Translations under genes and position numbers: made by a program | Source: Flavobacteriaceae bacterium | Lineage (GTDB): Bacteria; Bacteroidota; Bacteroidia; Flavobacteriales; Flavobacteriaceae | DNA length: 64,000 nt | Assembly: GCA_964229545.1 (NCBI GenBank) | Contig: CAXRDP010000067.1 | Location: 20,162-84,161, forward strand | Direction of reading: 5' to 3' | Shown: in pieces, positions 42,301-52,510 of the stretch | How positions within the stretch are numbered: the stretch's first letter is position 1 | Layout of the letters: the number at the start of each line of letters is the position of its first letter | Notes under the pieces: model-generated | What the model was told of the DNA's origin: nothing | What the model saw: only the letters and a program-made list of their open reading frames with translations | The model's database searches: none

Positions 42301-43578
42301 ATGAATCCTAAAAATCTTCTTTACGGTGCTTTGTTGGGACTCATCTTAGCTTGTAGTGAAGAAACAAGCCCAACAGAAAGTCAGCCACTCATAGAGCCCT
42401 TGTTCGCTTGCGAGTCGGGGGTAGCCGGTCCATATGCCTGTCAAGGAATTGACCTGATGGGACACCTTTCGCTGGGGGAAATGGATGCCACTGCCGGAAA
42501 TGATTGTTGGGGCTGGACCGATCCTGCCACCGGAAAAGAATATGCCCTTATGGGGCTCAACAATGGCACTGCCTTTATAGATGTGACTGTCGCCAATGAT
42601 CCTGTCTATTTGGGCAAATTACCTACCCAAACGGTTTCGAGCGTGTGGCGCGATATCAAAGTGTATCGACAATATGCGCTTATTGTTGCTGACCGTGCCG
42701 AGAATCACGGCGTACAAATTTTTGACCTGACACGACTTCGCGGTGTCAGTGCCCCCACCATTTTTGATGCCGATGCCCACTTCGACGGTTTGGGTAGCGC
42801 CCACAACATTGCGGTCAACGAAGACAGCGGATATGCCTTTGCCGTAGGAGCTTCCACTCACAGCGGAGGGCCACACTTTATCAATTTAGTTGACCCGCTG
42901 ATGCCACAAGATGCAGGGGGCTATGCTACTAGTGGTTATTCTCACGATGGGCAAGTAGTCACCTACAATGGGCCAGACAGTGCCCATGGGGGTAAGGAAC
43001 TCTTTTTGGGTAGCAACGAAAACGAGGTCGTCTTGGTCGATGTGACAGACAAAGACAATCCGCAACTAATTTCACGTGTTCAGTACACCCAAACCCAATA
43101 CACCCACCAAGGCTGGCTGACCGAAGACCACCGCTTTTTTCTGGTTGGAGATGAATTGGACGAACTGCGAGAGGGCATTCCCACCCGTACTTTGGTTTTT
43201 GACATCCGTGATTTGGACAACCCCAAATTACATTTTGAGTATGTGGCTGAGACAGATGCCATAGACCACAATGGCTATGTTGTGGGTGAGGAGTTCTATC
43301 TTGCCAGTTATACTGCCGGGTTGCGTATTCTGGATATATCTCAAATTGAGAACAAACAATTTACAGAAACTGCCTTTTTTGAAACCCACCAAGAAGTTCC
43401 AAGCGGTTCAGGATTGGTAGAAACTATGGCGGTCCAGTTTGATGAAGATCATGACAACCCCCTCAAAGGGAATAATCCACTTTTTGACGGGGCTTGGAGC
43501 GTATATCCTTTTTTCGATAGTGGCAACATCATTGTTAGCGACATTAGCGGAGGGCTTTTTGTCGTTCGGAAGCAGTAA
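42301..43578 (+). CDS. Lipoprotein, LVIVD-repeat / choice-of-anchor-B-like beta-propeller
   Basis: Lipobox LILAC. The family assignment is from memory of the CWGW...YA...G repeat architecture. The ATG at 42301 avoids overlap with thiL. Confidence 0.55.
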   Translation: MNPKNLLYGALLGLILACSEETSPTESQPLIEPLFACESGVAGPYACQGIDLMGHLSLGEMDATAGNDCWGWTDPATGKEYALMGLNNGTAFIDVTVANDPVYLGKLPTQTVSSVWRDIKVYRQYALIVADRAENHGVQIFDLTRLRGVSAPTIFDADAHFDGLGSAHNIAVNEDSGYAFAVGASTHSGGPHFINLVDPLMPQDAGGYATSGYSHDGQVVTYNGPDSAHGGKELFLGSNENEVVLVDVTDKDNPQLISRVQYTQTQYTHQGWLTEDHRFFLVGDELDELREGIPTRTLVFDIRDLDNPKLHFEYVAETDAIDHNGYVVGEEFYLASYTAGLRILDISQIENKQFTETAFFETHQEVPSGSGLVETMAVQFDEDHDNPLKGNNPLFDGAWSVYPFFDSGNIIVSDISGGLFVVRKQ

Positions 43579-43646
43579 AAATCTGTAATCTGCTTTTTTG
43601 CATGTTTTCCTTTTATTACACTTAAGTCTAACAGCGTAAAAAACTG

Positions 43647-43654
43647 TATATTTG
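43647..43654 (+). promoter_or_regulatory. Bacteroidota -7 promoter box TATATTTG upstream of the suf operon
   Basis: Matches TAnnTTTG, 30 nt before the ATG at 43685. Confidence 0.45.
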
Positions 43655-43684
43655 CGCTTTATTTAGACAAAATCTAATTTAACC

Positions 43685-44014
43685 ATGATTAAGGTTTCAG
43701 AATCCGCAAAACTTCAGGTAAGGCAATTGATGCATGCCGATGGCTTTGACGCAGTGCAAGACTTTGTACGAGTAGGCGTCAAAAGCGGTGGTTGTTCCGG
43801 ATTGTCCTACGACTTGGCATTTGACAAAGAGGTTGGATCCGACGACAAGGTGTTTGAGGACAATGAAGTCAAAATTGTGGTGGATAAGAAAAGTTTTCTC
43901 TACTTGGTGGGAACCACCCTGGAATATTCAGGTGGACTCAACGGCAAGGGGTTTGTGTTTAACAATCCCAATGCCAATCGTACCTGTGGATGTGGAGAAA
44001 GTTTTTCGCTCTAA
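43685..44014 (+). CDS. Fe-S cluster assembly accessory protein (HesB/IscA/SufA family)
   Basis: The 109-aa product has GGCSG and a C-terminal CGCGESF. Confidence 0.9.
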   Translation: MIKVSESAKLQVRQLMHADGFDAVQDFVRVGVKSGGCSGLSYDLAFDKEVGSDDKVFEDNEVKIVVDKKSFLYLVGTTLEYSGGLNGKGFVFNNPNANRTCGCGESFSL

Positions 44015-44023
44015 GTTATTGCT

Positions 44024-45469
44024 ATGGCTTATACGGAAGAAGAATTAAAAAAAGAGCTCGAAACCAAAGAGTATGAATATGGTTTCTACACCGATATTGA
44101 GTCGGACACCTTTCCGGTAGGGCTCAATGAGGAGGTCGTGCGTGCCATTTCACAGCGCAAAAATGAGCCCGATTGGATGACCGAATGGCGACTGGAAGCC
44201 TATCGTACGTGGAGCAATATGCAAGAGCCCGACTGGGCCAATGTGCAATACCCAAAACCTGATTTTCAAGCCATATCATACTACTCGGCTCCCAAAACCG
44301 CACCCAAATACAATAGCTTGGATGAAGTAGACCCTGAGCTGCTCAATACATTCGAGCGCTTAGGGATTTCTCTCGAAGAACAAAAAAAATTGGCTGGGGT
44401 GGCGGTGGATATCGTTATGGATTCGGTGTCTGTTGCGACCACATTTAAAGAAACTTTGGCTGAAAAAGGCATTATATTTTGCTCGATATCTGAAGCCATC
44501 AAAGAATATCCTGAGTTGGTACGCAAGTACATCGGAACCGTAGTGCCACGTACAGACAACTTCTATGCTGCGCTCAACTCAGCCGTATTTTCAGACGGTT
44601 CTTTTTGTTATATCCCAAAAGGTGTACAGTGCCCGATGGAACTGTCTACTTATTTCCGAATCAACCAAGCTGGAACAGGTCAGTTTGAACGCACCTTGGT
44701 CATTGCAGACGAAGGCAGCTATGTGAGCTATCTTGAAGGATGTACGGCGCCTGCCCGCGACGAAAATCAGCTACATGCGGCAGTGGTGGAACTCATAGCC
44801 CTTGACCATGCAGAAATAAAGTATTCCACCGTACAAAACTGGTTTCCAGGTGATAAAGATGGCAAAGGAGGCGTGTTTAACTTCGTAACCAAGCGCGGTA
44901 TTTGTCACAACAAATCCAAAATCTCTTGGACGCAAGTAGAAACCGGCTCCGCAGTGACTTGGAAATATCCTTCCTGTATTTTGAAAGGTGACGATAGCAT
45001 CGGAGAATTTTATTCGATTGCTGTCACAAACAACCACCAACAGGCCGATACGGGTACCAAAATGATTCACTTGGGCAAACGCACCAAAAGCACCATCATT
45101 TCTAAGGGGATTTCTGCCGGCACCTCTCAAAACAGCTACCGAGGTTTGGTGCAAATCAGTCCGCGGGCAGAGGATGCCCGCAATTTTTCACAATGCGATT
45201 CTCTGCTCATGGGCAATCGCTGTGGTGCGCACACATTCCCCTACATCGAAGCGCGAAACAAAAGCGCGCAAATCGAACACGAGGCCACCACCAGCAAAAT
45301 CGGAGAAGACCAGATTTTTTACTGCAACCAACGGGGCATAGACACCGAAAAAGCCATCGCCCTCATCGTAAATGGTTTTAGCAAAGAAGTGCTTAACAAA
45401 CTCCCCATGGAGTTTGCTGTAGAAGCTCAAAAATTATTGGAAATTTCTCTTGAAGGTTCCGTAGGATAA
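44024..45469 (+). CDS. sufB: Fe-S cluster assembly protein SufB
   Basis: 481-aa product with highly conserved SufB sequence ([36 protein letters not shown]). Confidence 0.96.
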   Translation: MAYTEEELKKELETKEYEYGFYTDIESDTFPVGLNEEVVRAISQRKNEPDWMTEWRLEAYRTWSNMQEPDWANVQYPKPDFQAISYYSAPKTAPKYNSLDEVDPELLNTFERLGISLEEQKKLAGVAVDIVMDSVSVATTFKETLAEKGIIFCSISEAIKEYPELVRKYIGTVVPRTDNFYAALNSAVFSDGSFCYIPKGVQCPMELSTYFRINQAGTGQFERTLVIADEGSYVSYLEGCTAPARDENQLHAAVVELIALDHAEIKYSTVQNWFPGDKDGKGGVFNFVTKRGICHNKSKISWTQVETGSAVTWKYPSCILKGDDSIGEFYSIAVTNNHQQADTGTKMIHLGKRTKSTIISKGISAGTSQNSYRGLVQISPRAEDARNFSQCDSLLMGNRCGAHTFPYIEARNKSAQIEHEATTSKIGEDQIFYCNQRGIDTEKAIALIVNGFSKEVLNKLPMEFAVEAQKLLEISLEGSVG

Positions 45470-45486
45470 TATCAAACCCAAATACA

Positions 45487-45846
45487 ATGAAAACCCGACT
45501 ATTTGTTTTAATTTCAGTGCTCAGCTTAGCCGCTTGTAGTACCCAAACCAAAGAGAAAAGCGAAGCCATTGCAGGTGAGTTTTTGTTCTACAGTGGTGCT
45601 GCTGTGCTCAATACAGGAAGTGAAATTTATGGTGTGACCATAGATGACATGCTCCATAAGCTCCACAGCCAAGCTGTGTCCATTCAAAAAGACAGTTTTG
45701 ATATGGTTCAGGTGTATATCAAAGGCGTAATTTCCGACAATCCGAACCCAGAAGGCTGGGCCCGAGTGGTGCGTGTAGTCGAAATCGACTCCGTAGCTCC
45801 CTCGGCACCTATCGAAAATCAAATGATTCAAATCCGTTCAGAATAA
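45487..45846 (+). CDS. Hypothetical small lipoprotein embedded in the suf operon
   Basis: Signal peptide with lipobox LAAC (Cys17). It lies 17 nt after sufB and 3 nt before sufC. I recognise no family. Confidence 0.6.
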   Translation: MKTRLFVLISVLSLAACSTQTKEKSEAIAGEFLFYSGAAVLNTGSEIYGVTIDDMLHKLHSQAVSIQKDSFDMVQVYIKGVISDNPNPEGWARVVRVVEIDSVAPSAPIENQMIQIRSE

Positions 45847-45849
45847 TAT

Positions 45850-46596
45850 ATGTTAAGCATCGACAACCTACATGCCCAAGTAGAGGGCAAGAAAATACTC
45901 AACGGCATCCATTTGGACGTCAAAGCGGGAGAAGTACACGCCATTATGGGACCCAACGGGTCTGGAAAAAGCACCCTCTCAACGGTAATTGCCGGGCATG
46001 AGGATTATGAAGTGTCCAAAGGAAATGTGTTGTTTCAAGGAACTGACATTGGTGAACTAAGCGCCGATGAGCGCGCACATCTTGGCATTTTCTTATCGTT
46101 TCAGTATCCGGTCGAAATTCCCGGTGTGACGGTAACCAACTTCATCAAAACCGCCATCAATGAAACCCGTAAAGCACAAGGTCTGGAAGAAATGCCGGCC
46201 AATCAAATGCTAAAAAAAATAAAAGAAAAAGCCCAATTGCTCGGAATAGACACCCACTTTTTATCGCGTTCGCTCAACGACGGTTTTTCGGGGGGTGAGA
46301 AAAAACGCAACGAGATTTTTCAAATGGCCATGTTGGAACCCAAATTGGCCATTTTGGATGAAACCGATTCGGGCTTGGACATCGATGCATTAAGGGTTGT
46401 TGCCAACGGTGTGAACACACTTCGCAACAAGGACAACGCCATCATTGTAATCACACACTACCAGCGATTGCTAGACTATATCGTGCCCGACTTTGTGCAT
46501 GTTTTACACGAAGGAAAAATCGTTAAATCAGGCACCAAAGAGCTCGCCTTGGAGTTGGAAGAAAAAGGATACGACTGGATCAAACAAGCCATCTGA
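45850..46596 (+). CDS. sufC: Fe-S cluster assembly ATPase SufC
   Basis: Walker A GPNGSGKST, ABC signature FSGGEKKR and Walker B ILDETDSGLD. Confidence 0.96.
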   Translation: MLSIDNLHAQVEGKKILNGIHLDVKAGEVHAIMGPNGSGKSTLSTVIAGHEDYEVSKGNVLFQGTDIGELSADERAHLGIFLSFQYPVEIPGVTVTNFIKTAINETRKAQGLEEMPANQMLKKIKEKAQLLGIDTHFLSRSLNDGFSGGEKKRNEIFQMAMLEPKLAILDETDSGLDIDALRVVANGVNTLRNKDNAIIVITHYQRLLDYIVPDFVHVLHEGKIVKSGTKELALELEEKGYDWIKQAI

Positions 46597-46597
46597 T

Positions 46598-47914
46598 ATG
46601 GGACTCAAAGACAAATTGGTCGCTTCTTATGTAGCCATGGCTTCGGAGCCTGATGCCCATGATGGTGTGGCCAAAATACGTGCCAATGCCATAGAAACCT
46701 TTGAGCAGCAAGGATTTCCTACCAAAAAAATGGAGGAATGGAAATACACTTCCCTAAACACTCTAGTCAAGACAGACTACAGCGTATTCCCAAAGAAGAC
46801 TCAAGAATTGACCTTGAGTGACGTACAGCGTTATATCTTACACGATGTAGACACCTACAAAATTGTGTTGGTTGATGGAGTGTATAGTGCGTTTTTGTCT
46901 GAAACTACGCATGAAGGCATGGATGTGTGTTTAATGTCTGCGGCGCTGTCTCGACCCAAATACCGCAAGGTTATCGACACTTATTTTGATCAAATTGCGG
47001 ATCGTTCTGATTCCCTGACAGCGCTCAATACCGCATTGACCAAAGAAGGCGCGTTTATTCATATTCCCAAAGGACGTGTGGTCGAAAAACCCATTCAGAT
47101 TATACATTTCTCCACAGGCGTAAACGCCAACTTGATGTTGCAACCCCGCAACCTGATTGTGGTCGAACCCAAGGCCGAGGTGCAAATCATCGAACGCCAC
47201 CAAAGCCTGAGTGATGCGGCGGTGTTTACCAATTCTGTAACCGAAATATTTGCACACAAAGGGTCACAAATAGATTATTACAAAATCCAAAATGACCACC
47301 AAGAGGCATCCCTAATTGATAGCACCTATATCAGCCAACAAAAACATTCTCATGCCAAAGTGCACACATTCTCTTTTGGGGGCAAATTGATTCGAAACAA
47401 CTTGCATTTTTACCACAAAGATCAAGCGATAGAATCGACCATGAAAGGGATTACGCTTATTGAAGGCAAGCAATTGGTCGATCACCATACGCTCGTACAC
47501 CACGCCCACCCAAACTCAAGCAGCCATCAAGAATACAAAGGGATTTTTGACGGGCAAGCCACCGGGGTTTTTAACGGGAAAATCGTGGTTGAGCAAGAGG
47601 CCCAAAAAACCAATGCCTTCCAGCAAAACAACAATATTTTGATGAGCGACAAAGCCACCATCAATACCAAACCTCAATTGGAAATTTTTGCCGACGATGT
47701 CAAGTGCAGTCACGGCTGTACCATCGGGCAGTTGGACGAGTCGGCTATGTTCTATTTGCAAACACGTGGCATTCCTAAAAAAGAGGCCCGGGCCCTACTG
47801 ACTTATGCCTTTGCCAACAATGTGCTGTCGAGTGTGGCTATTCCGTCTGTGAAGTCACGCATCAACGCGTTAATCGCCAAAAAACTGGGTGTCAATTTAG
47901 GCTTTAACTTATAA
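46598..47914 (+). CDS. sufD: Fe-S cluster assembly protein SufD
   Basis: SufBD-family C-terminal beta-helix (FADDVKCSHGCTIGQLD). The ATG at 46598 lies 1 nt after the sufC stop. Confidence 0.92.
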   Translation: MGLKDKLVASYVAMASEPDAHDGVAKIRANAIETFEQQGFPTKKMEEWKYTSLNTLVKTDYSVFPKKTQELTLSDVQRYILHDVDTYKIVLVDGVYSAFLSETTHEGMDVCLMSAALSRPKYRKVIDTYFDQIADRSDSLTALNTALTKEGAFIHIPKGRVVEKPIQIIHFSTGVNANLMLQPRNLIVVEPKAEVQIIERHQSLSDAAVFTNSVTEIFAHKGSQIDYYKIQNDHQEASLIDSTYISQQKHSHAKVHTFSFGGKLIRNNLHFYHKDQAIESTMKGITLIEGKQLVDHHTLVHHAHPNSSSHQEYKGIFDGQATGVFNGKIVVEQEAQKTNAFQQNNNILMSDKATINTKPQLEIFADDVKCSHGCTIGQLDESAMFYLQTRGIPKKEARALLTYAFANNVLSSVAIPSVKSRINALIAKKLGVNLGFNL

Positions 47915-47918
47915 GATC

Positions 47919-49136
47919 ATGGGGTTAGACGTCGCTGCCATCCGCGCTGATTTTCCCATACTCCAAAGAAAGGTTAACGGTCAGCCTTTGGTGTATTTTG
48001 ACAATGCGGCTACCTCACAAACACCTCAGCAAGTCATCGATGTTATCACAGACTACTACCAAAACTACAACGCCAACATTCACCGTGGGGTGCATACACT
48101 GAGCCAGGAGGCTACTGACAAGTACGAGCTTGCCCGAAAAAACCTCCAAAAACATTTTAACGTAAAGCACGCCCACGAAGTTCTTTTTACCTCTGGAACA
48201 ACACATAGCATCAATTTGGTGGCCTTCGGATTTGGCACTTTGTTGTCCGCAGGAGATGAGGTAATTGTTTCAGCACTTGAGCACCATTCTAATATTGTTC
48301 CTTGGCAGATGATGTGCGAACGCAGCGGTGCCCAACTCAAAGTCATTCCAATGACCAATGAAGGGAGTTTGGACATGACCGCCTATGCCAAATTGCTCAA
48401 CGAAAAAACTCGACTTGTATTTGTCAACCATGTGTCGAATGCACTTGGGACGGTCAACCCAATCAAAGACATTATCGACCAAGCCCATGGTGTGGGCGCT
48501 GCCGTACTTGTCGATGGAGCCCAAGCCTGTCCGCATATCAAGCCCGATTTGCAAGCTTTGGATGTTGATTTTTACACGGTATCAGCGCACAAACTCTGTG
48601 GTCCTACAGGGGTTGGCATGCTGTATGGCAAAGAAGACTGGCTCAACAAACTGCCTCCCTATCAAGGTGGTGGAGAGATGATTGCCGAGGTGACTTTCGA
48701 AAAAACCACCTATGCCGAACTGCCTCATAAGTTTGAGGCTGGAACGCCCAATATAGCCGGAGGGATCGCATTTGGTGCTGCCATCAATTATATGAATGGC
48801 GTTGGATTTGAGCATATCGCCCAATACGAAGCTGATCTCTTGAACCATGCCACCCTAGCCCTTCAACAGATTGAAGGCTTGCGTATCTACGGGGAAGCCT
48901 CTGAAAAAACGGCGGTTATTTCTTTTAACGTCGAAGGCATACACCCCTATGATATCGGCACCCTGCTCGATAAAATGGGCATCGCTGTCCGTACAGGCCA
49001 CCATTGTGCCCAGCCCATTATGGACTACTACAAAATCCCCGGAACTGTGAGGGCGTCTTTTGCCTTCTACAACACCAAGGAAGAAATAGACACGATGGTC
49101 TCTGGACTTAAGCGTGCGGTCGAAATGTTGCGCTAA
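47919..49136 (+). CDS. sufS: Cysteine desulfurase, SufS subfamily
   Basis: PLP-lysine region SAHKLCGPTG and active-site region RTGHHCAQP. Confidence 0.95.
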   Translation: MGLDVAAIRADFPILQRKVNGQPLVYFDNAATSQTPQQVIDVITDYYQNYNANIHRGVHTLSQEATDKYELARKNLQKHFNVKHAHEVLFTSGTTHSINLVAFGFGTLLSAGDEVIVSALEHHSNIVPWQMMCERSGAQLKVIPMTNEGSLDMTAYAKLLNEKTRLVFVNHVSNALGTVNPIKDIIDQAHGVGAAVLVDGAQACPHIKPDLQALDVDFYTVSAHKLCGPTGVGMLYGKEDWLNKLPPYQGGGEMIAEVTFEKTTYAELPHKFEAGTPNIAGGIAFGAAINYMNGVGFEHIAQYEADLLNHATLALQQIEGLRIYGEASEKTAVISFNVEGIHPYDIGTLLDKMGIAVRTGHHCAQPIMDYYKIPGTVRASFAFYNTKEEIDTMVSGLKRAVEMLR

Positions 49137-49153
49137 TTTGTATTTTTGAAAGG

Positions 49154-49576
49154 ATGAGTATAGAAAACGTACAAGCCGAAATCATTGAGGAGTTTGCTCT
49201 TTTTGACGATTGGATGCAACGCTATGAATATATGATCGACTTAGGCAAATCCTTGCCTCTGATTGACCCCAAATACAAAACAGACAACCATATCATCAAA
49301 GGTTGTCAGAGTAAAGTTTGGGTGCATGCCGATATGAAGGACGACAAAGTGATTTTTACAGCAGACAGTGATGCCATTATCACCAAAGGCATCATTGCCA
49401 TTTTGATTCGCGCTTTTTCCAACCACAGTCCTCAAGAAATTTTAGATGCCGATACCGCATTTATAGATCAAATTGGGCTGAAAGAGCATTTGTCACCCAC
49501 TCGGGCCAACGGACTTGTGTCAATGATTAAGCAACTCAAGCTTTATGCGCTCGCCTACCAAACACAACTGAACTAA
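49154..49576 (+). CDS. sufE: SufE family sulfur acceptor
   Basis: 140-aa product with the conserved IKGCQSKVW active-site Cys. Confidence 0.9.
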   Translation: MSIENVQAEIIEEFALFDDWMQRYEYMIDLGKSLPLIDPKYKTDNHIIKGCQSKVWVHADMKDDKVIFTADSDAIITKGIIAILIRAFSNHSPQEILDADTAFIDQIGLKEHLSPTRANGLVSMIKQLKLYALAYQTQLN

Positions 49577-49578
49577 TT

Positions 49579-49890
49579 ATGGAACATCAAGATTTAGGAG
49601 AAAAAATAGTCCGGGTACTCAAAACCATCTACGACCCCGAAATTCCAGTGGACATCTACGAATTGGGGCTGATTTATGATGTGTTTGTCAACGAAGACCA
49701 TGATGTCAAAGTCCTAATGACCCTGACAACGCCCAATTGCCCTGTGGCTGAATCCCTACCTCAAGAAGTAAAAGACAAAGTACAGTCTGTTGAGGAAGTA
49801 AATGAAGCCGAAGTGGAACTCACTTTCGATCCGCCTTGGACACGCGATCTGATGAGCGACGAAGCCAAACTCGAACTCGGATTTTTATAA
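49579..49890 (+). CDS. DUF59/SufT-like Fe-S assembly protein
   Basis: The 103-aa product has DPEIPVDIYELGLIY and TLTTPNCP motifs. Confidence 0.85.
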   Translation: MEHQDLGEKIVRVLKTIYDPEIPVDIYELGLIYDVFVNEDHDVKVLMTLTTPNCPVAESLPQEVKDKVQSVEEVNEAEVELTFDPPWTRDLMSDEAKLELGFL

Positions 49891-49891
49891 G

Positions 49892-50389
49892 ATGGAAATC
49901 GTTAACCGCGTTGCTGAAAGCGGTCTGATCACCCTAGACCCCGCAGAATTTGTCAAAGGGGCAGATGTGTCCACAATCAACCTGAGTGATTTTTTAGAAG
50001 AAGGCGTTGTGCTGCGCGAAAAAGCGTTTAGAGAAAAGCTCAAAAACACAGATTGGTCTGGCTATAAGGACCACTATGTGGGTATCATTATAGATGGGGA
50101 TTTGCTCATCCCCCAATGGGCACCCATGTTGTTGTCGGCACAGTTGACCGGAATTGCCAAAGCGGTCTGTGTAGGTGACAAGGAAGCGGCGATGCTACAA
50201 GCGTTTGAAGATGCCATTGACCAACTCGATGTAGAAGCCTACAAAGGTAAAAACCTCATCATCAAAGGTTGTGGGGACGACTCAGTATCTCCCTCTGTTT
50301 TTGTGCGGTTGATCACACGTCTGACGCCTGTTGCGAATCGGATTGCCTACGGAGAAGCTTGTTCCTCAGTTCCCTTGTTTAAACGATAG
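49892..50389 (+). CDS. DUF2480-like protein
   Basis: The N-terminus IVNRVAESGLITLD and the position after the suf genes match my memory of flavobacterial DUF2480 proteins. Confidence 0.55.
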   Translation: MEIVNRVAESGLITLDPAEFVKGADVSTINLSDFLEEGVVLREKAFREKLKNTDWSGYKDHYVGIIIDGDLLIPQWAPMLLSAQLTGIAKAVCVGDKEAAMLQAFEDAIDQLDVEAYKGKNLIIKGCGDDSVSPSVFVRLITRLTPVANRIAYGEACSSVPLFKR

Positions 50390-50414
50390 ATTTTTCTGAA
50401 TTTTGTGATCACCA

Positions 50415-51314
50415 ATGAAATCCAACTTTATGCACCCTAAATTTTATTTATTATCTCTCTTATTCCTCACTTCTTTTGTTGTTAATGCGCAAGAAAAAAC
50501 CTCCGAGCCAGAAGAGGGGTGGAAACGTTCGGGCAAAGGCACCCTACTTGTCAACCAAGCCGCTTTTAGTGATTGGGCTTCAGGTGGGGTCAACAGTGTG
50601 TCGGTGAGCCTTAATGTGGACTATGACCTCAACTATTTTGAAAATGGTTGGTCATGGGATACCAAATTCATCGGCTCCTACGGATTGAGCTATATAGAAG
50701 GTGACGCCTTTCTGAAAAAAACCAATGACCGTATCGAAATCAACTCCCTGTTAGGGAAGCAGTTTTCGGAAAGATGGAGTTATTCTACCTTATTTAATTT
50801 CAAATCACAGTTTGCTAGGGGATATCGGTTTGGAGAAAACGAAGAGGGGGAGGAGACTCGCAGCCTGCGCACACATTTCTTTTCTCCTGCGTACATACAG
50901 TTTGGTATCGGATTTTACTGGAAAAAATCCAATAATTTCTGGTTTAACATTGCGCCTTTTTCGCAACGTATTACCATGGTCAGCAGGCAATTTACCCGTG
51001 ACCTAGACCCCGGTAAGGAATACTTTGGTGTGGGACAAGGTGACAATCATCTGTTTGAGTTGGGTGCCTCTGTTAATGCTTTTTACAAGTTCAAAGCCAT
51101 GGAAAACATCACCCTCGAAAATCGATTGGGGCTGTACAGCGACTATTTGGGAGACCCTCAAAATATCGATTTTGACTATACGGTTGCGGCTCATATGCAA
51201 ATCAACAAATACGTCTCTACCAACCTAGAGTTGCAATTGGTCTATGACGACAATGCCATCGGGCGCCTACAAGTGCGCGAGGTGTTTGGAATTGGGGTCA
51301 ATCTTGACCTTTAA
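50415..51314 (+). CDS. DUF3078-like outer-membrane beta-barrel protein
   Basis: Signal peptide, the motif WKRSGKGTLLVNQAAFSDWASGG and alternating beta-strand pattern. Confidence 0.55.
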   Translation: MKSNFMHPKFYLLSLLFLTSFVVNAQEKTSEPEEGWKRSGKGTLLVNQAAFSDWASGGVNSVSVSLNVDYDLNYFENGWSWDTKFIGSYGLSYIEGDAFLKKTNDRIEINSLLGKQFSERWSYSTLFNFKSQFARGYRFGENEEGEETRSLRTHFFSPAYIQFGIGFYWKKSNNFWFNIAPFSQRITMVSRQFTRDLDPGKEYFGVGQGDNHLFELGASVNAFYKFKAMENITLENRLGLYSDYLGDPQNIDFDYTVAAHMQINKYVSTNLELQLVYDDNAIGRLQVREVFGIGVNLDL

Positions 51315-52510
51315 AGCTCCGGATACAAAAAGTGGTTGTAGGGGAAACGGGTGATATGTATTTCTCGGACTTTTCGGTATAGGGTATTGCGCAGGCTGTC
51401 CAAGTGGGTTTTGTCTTGGGCAGAAACAAACACTGCCTCTCCATTGGTACGCGCCATCCAAGTCTGTTGCCACTCTTCAAGAGAATAGTGTTTTTCGGTC
51501 TTTTCGGTTGTCAAATCGTCCGCTTCTATAGTTTCTGGGTGGTACGCATCGATTTTGTTAAACACCATCAAGGTGGGCTTGTCCAGGGCTTTGATTTCTG
51601 CCAACAACTCATTGACCGATTGAATATGATCCTCAAAATTGAGATGGGCAATGTCTACCACGTGCAACAACAGGTCGGCTTCGTGTACCTCATCTAGGGT
51701 GCTTTTAAAAGACTCGACCAGTTGGGTAGGGAGTTTTCGGATAAAACCCACCGTATCGGTCAACAGAAACGGCAGGTTGCCCACCACCACTTTGCGCACT
51801 GTGGTGTCTAGAGTCGCAAAGAGTTTGTTTTCTGCAAAAACCTTGCTTTTGCTCAGCACATTCATCAAAGTCGATTTGCCTACATTGGTATAACCCACCA
51901 AGGCCACACGAACCAAGGCACCCCTGTTACCTCGCTGGGTTGCCATCTGGCGGTCGATTCCTACCAGTTTCTTTTTAAGCAAAGCAATTTTGTCACGAAC
52001 AATGCGTCGGTCGGTTTCGATTTCGGTCTCTCCCGGACCACGCATCCCAATCCCCCCACGTTGGCGCTCCAAGTGTGTCCAAAGCCCTTTTAGACGTGGT
52101 AATAGGTATTGATACTGAGCCAGTTCTACTTGAGTACGCGCATAGCTCGTTTTGGCACGCTGAGCAAAAATGTCTAATATCAAACCGGTTCGGTCCAAAA
52201 TCTTACACTTGAGCAACTGCTCGATATTGGCCTGTTGCGCGGGACTCAGCTCATCGTCAAAAACCACGGTGCTGATATCATGAGTTTTGACAAAAGCTTG
52301 TACTTCTTCCATCTTCCCTGAACCGATAAAGGTTTTGGGGTGTGGGGTTTCCATTTTTTGGGTAAAGCGTTTGACCACGGTTCCTCCGGCCGTGTGGGTC
52401 AAAAAAGCCAACTCGTCCATATACTCAGCCACACGGATTTCGTCTTGGTCTTGGGTAATAATGCCGATGAGCACAGCCTGCTCATGGCTGAGGTCTTTTT
52501 GCTCAATCAT
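51311..52510 (-). CDS. hflX: GTPase HflX
   Basis: HflX N-domain plus G motifs (GYTNVGKST, DTVGF, NKID). The ATG at 52510 overlaps the lpxH stop by 8 nt. Confidence 0.9.
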   Translation of the reverse strand: MIEQKDLSHEQAVLIGIITQDQDEIRVAEYMDELAFLTHTAGGTVVKRFTQKMETPHPKTFIGSGKMEEVQAFVKTHDISTVVFDDELSPAQQANIEQLLKCKILDRTGLILDIFAQRAKTSYARTQVELAQYQYLLPRLKGLWTHLERQRGGIGMRGPGETEIETDRRIVRDKIALLKKKLVGIDRQMATQRGNRGALVRVALVGYTNVGKSTLMNVLSKSKVFAENKLFATLDTTVRKVVVGNLPFLLTDTVGFIRKLPTQLVESFKSTLDEVHEADLLLHVVDIAHLNFEDHIQSVNELLAEIKALDKPTLMVFNKIDAYHPETIEADDLTTEKTEKHYSLEEWQQTWMARTNGEAVFVSAQDKTHLDSLRNTLYRKVREIHITRFPYNHFLYPEL

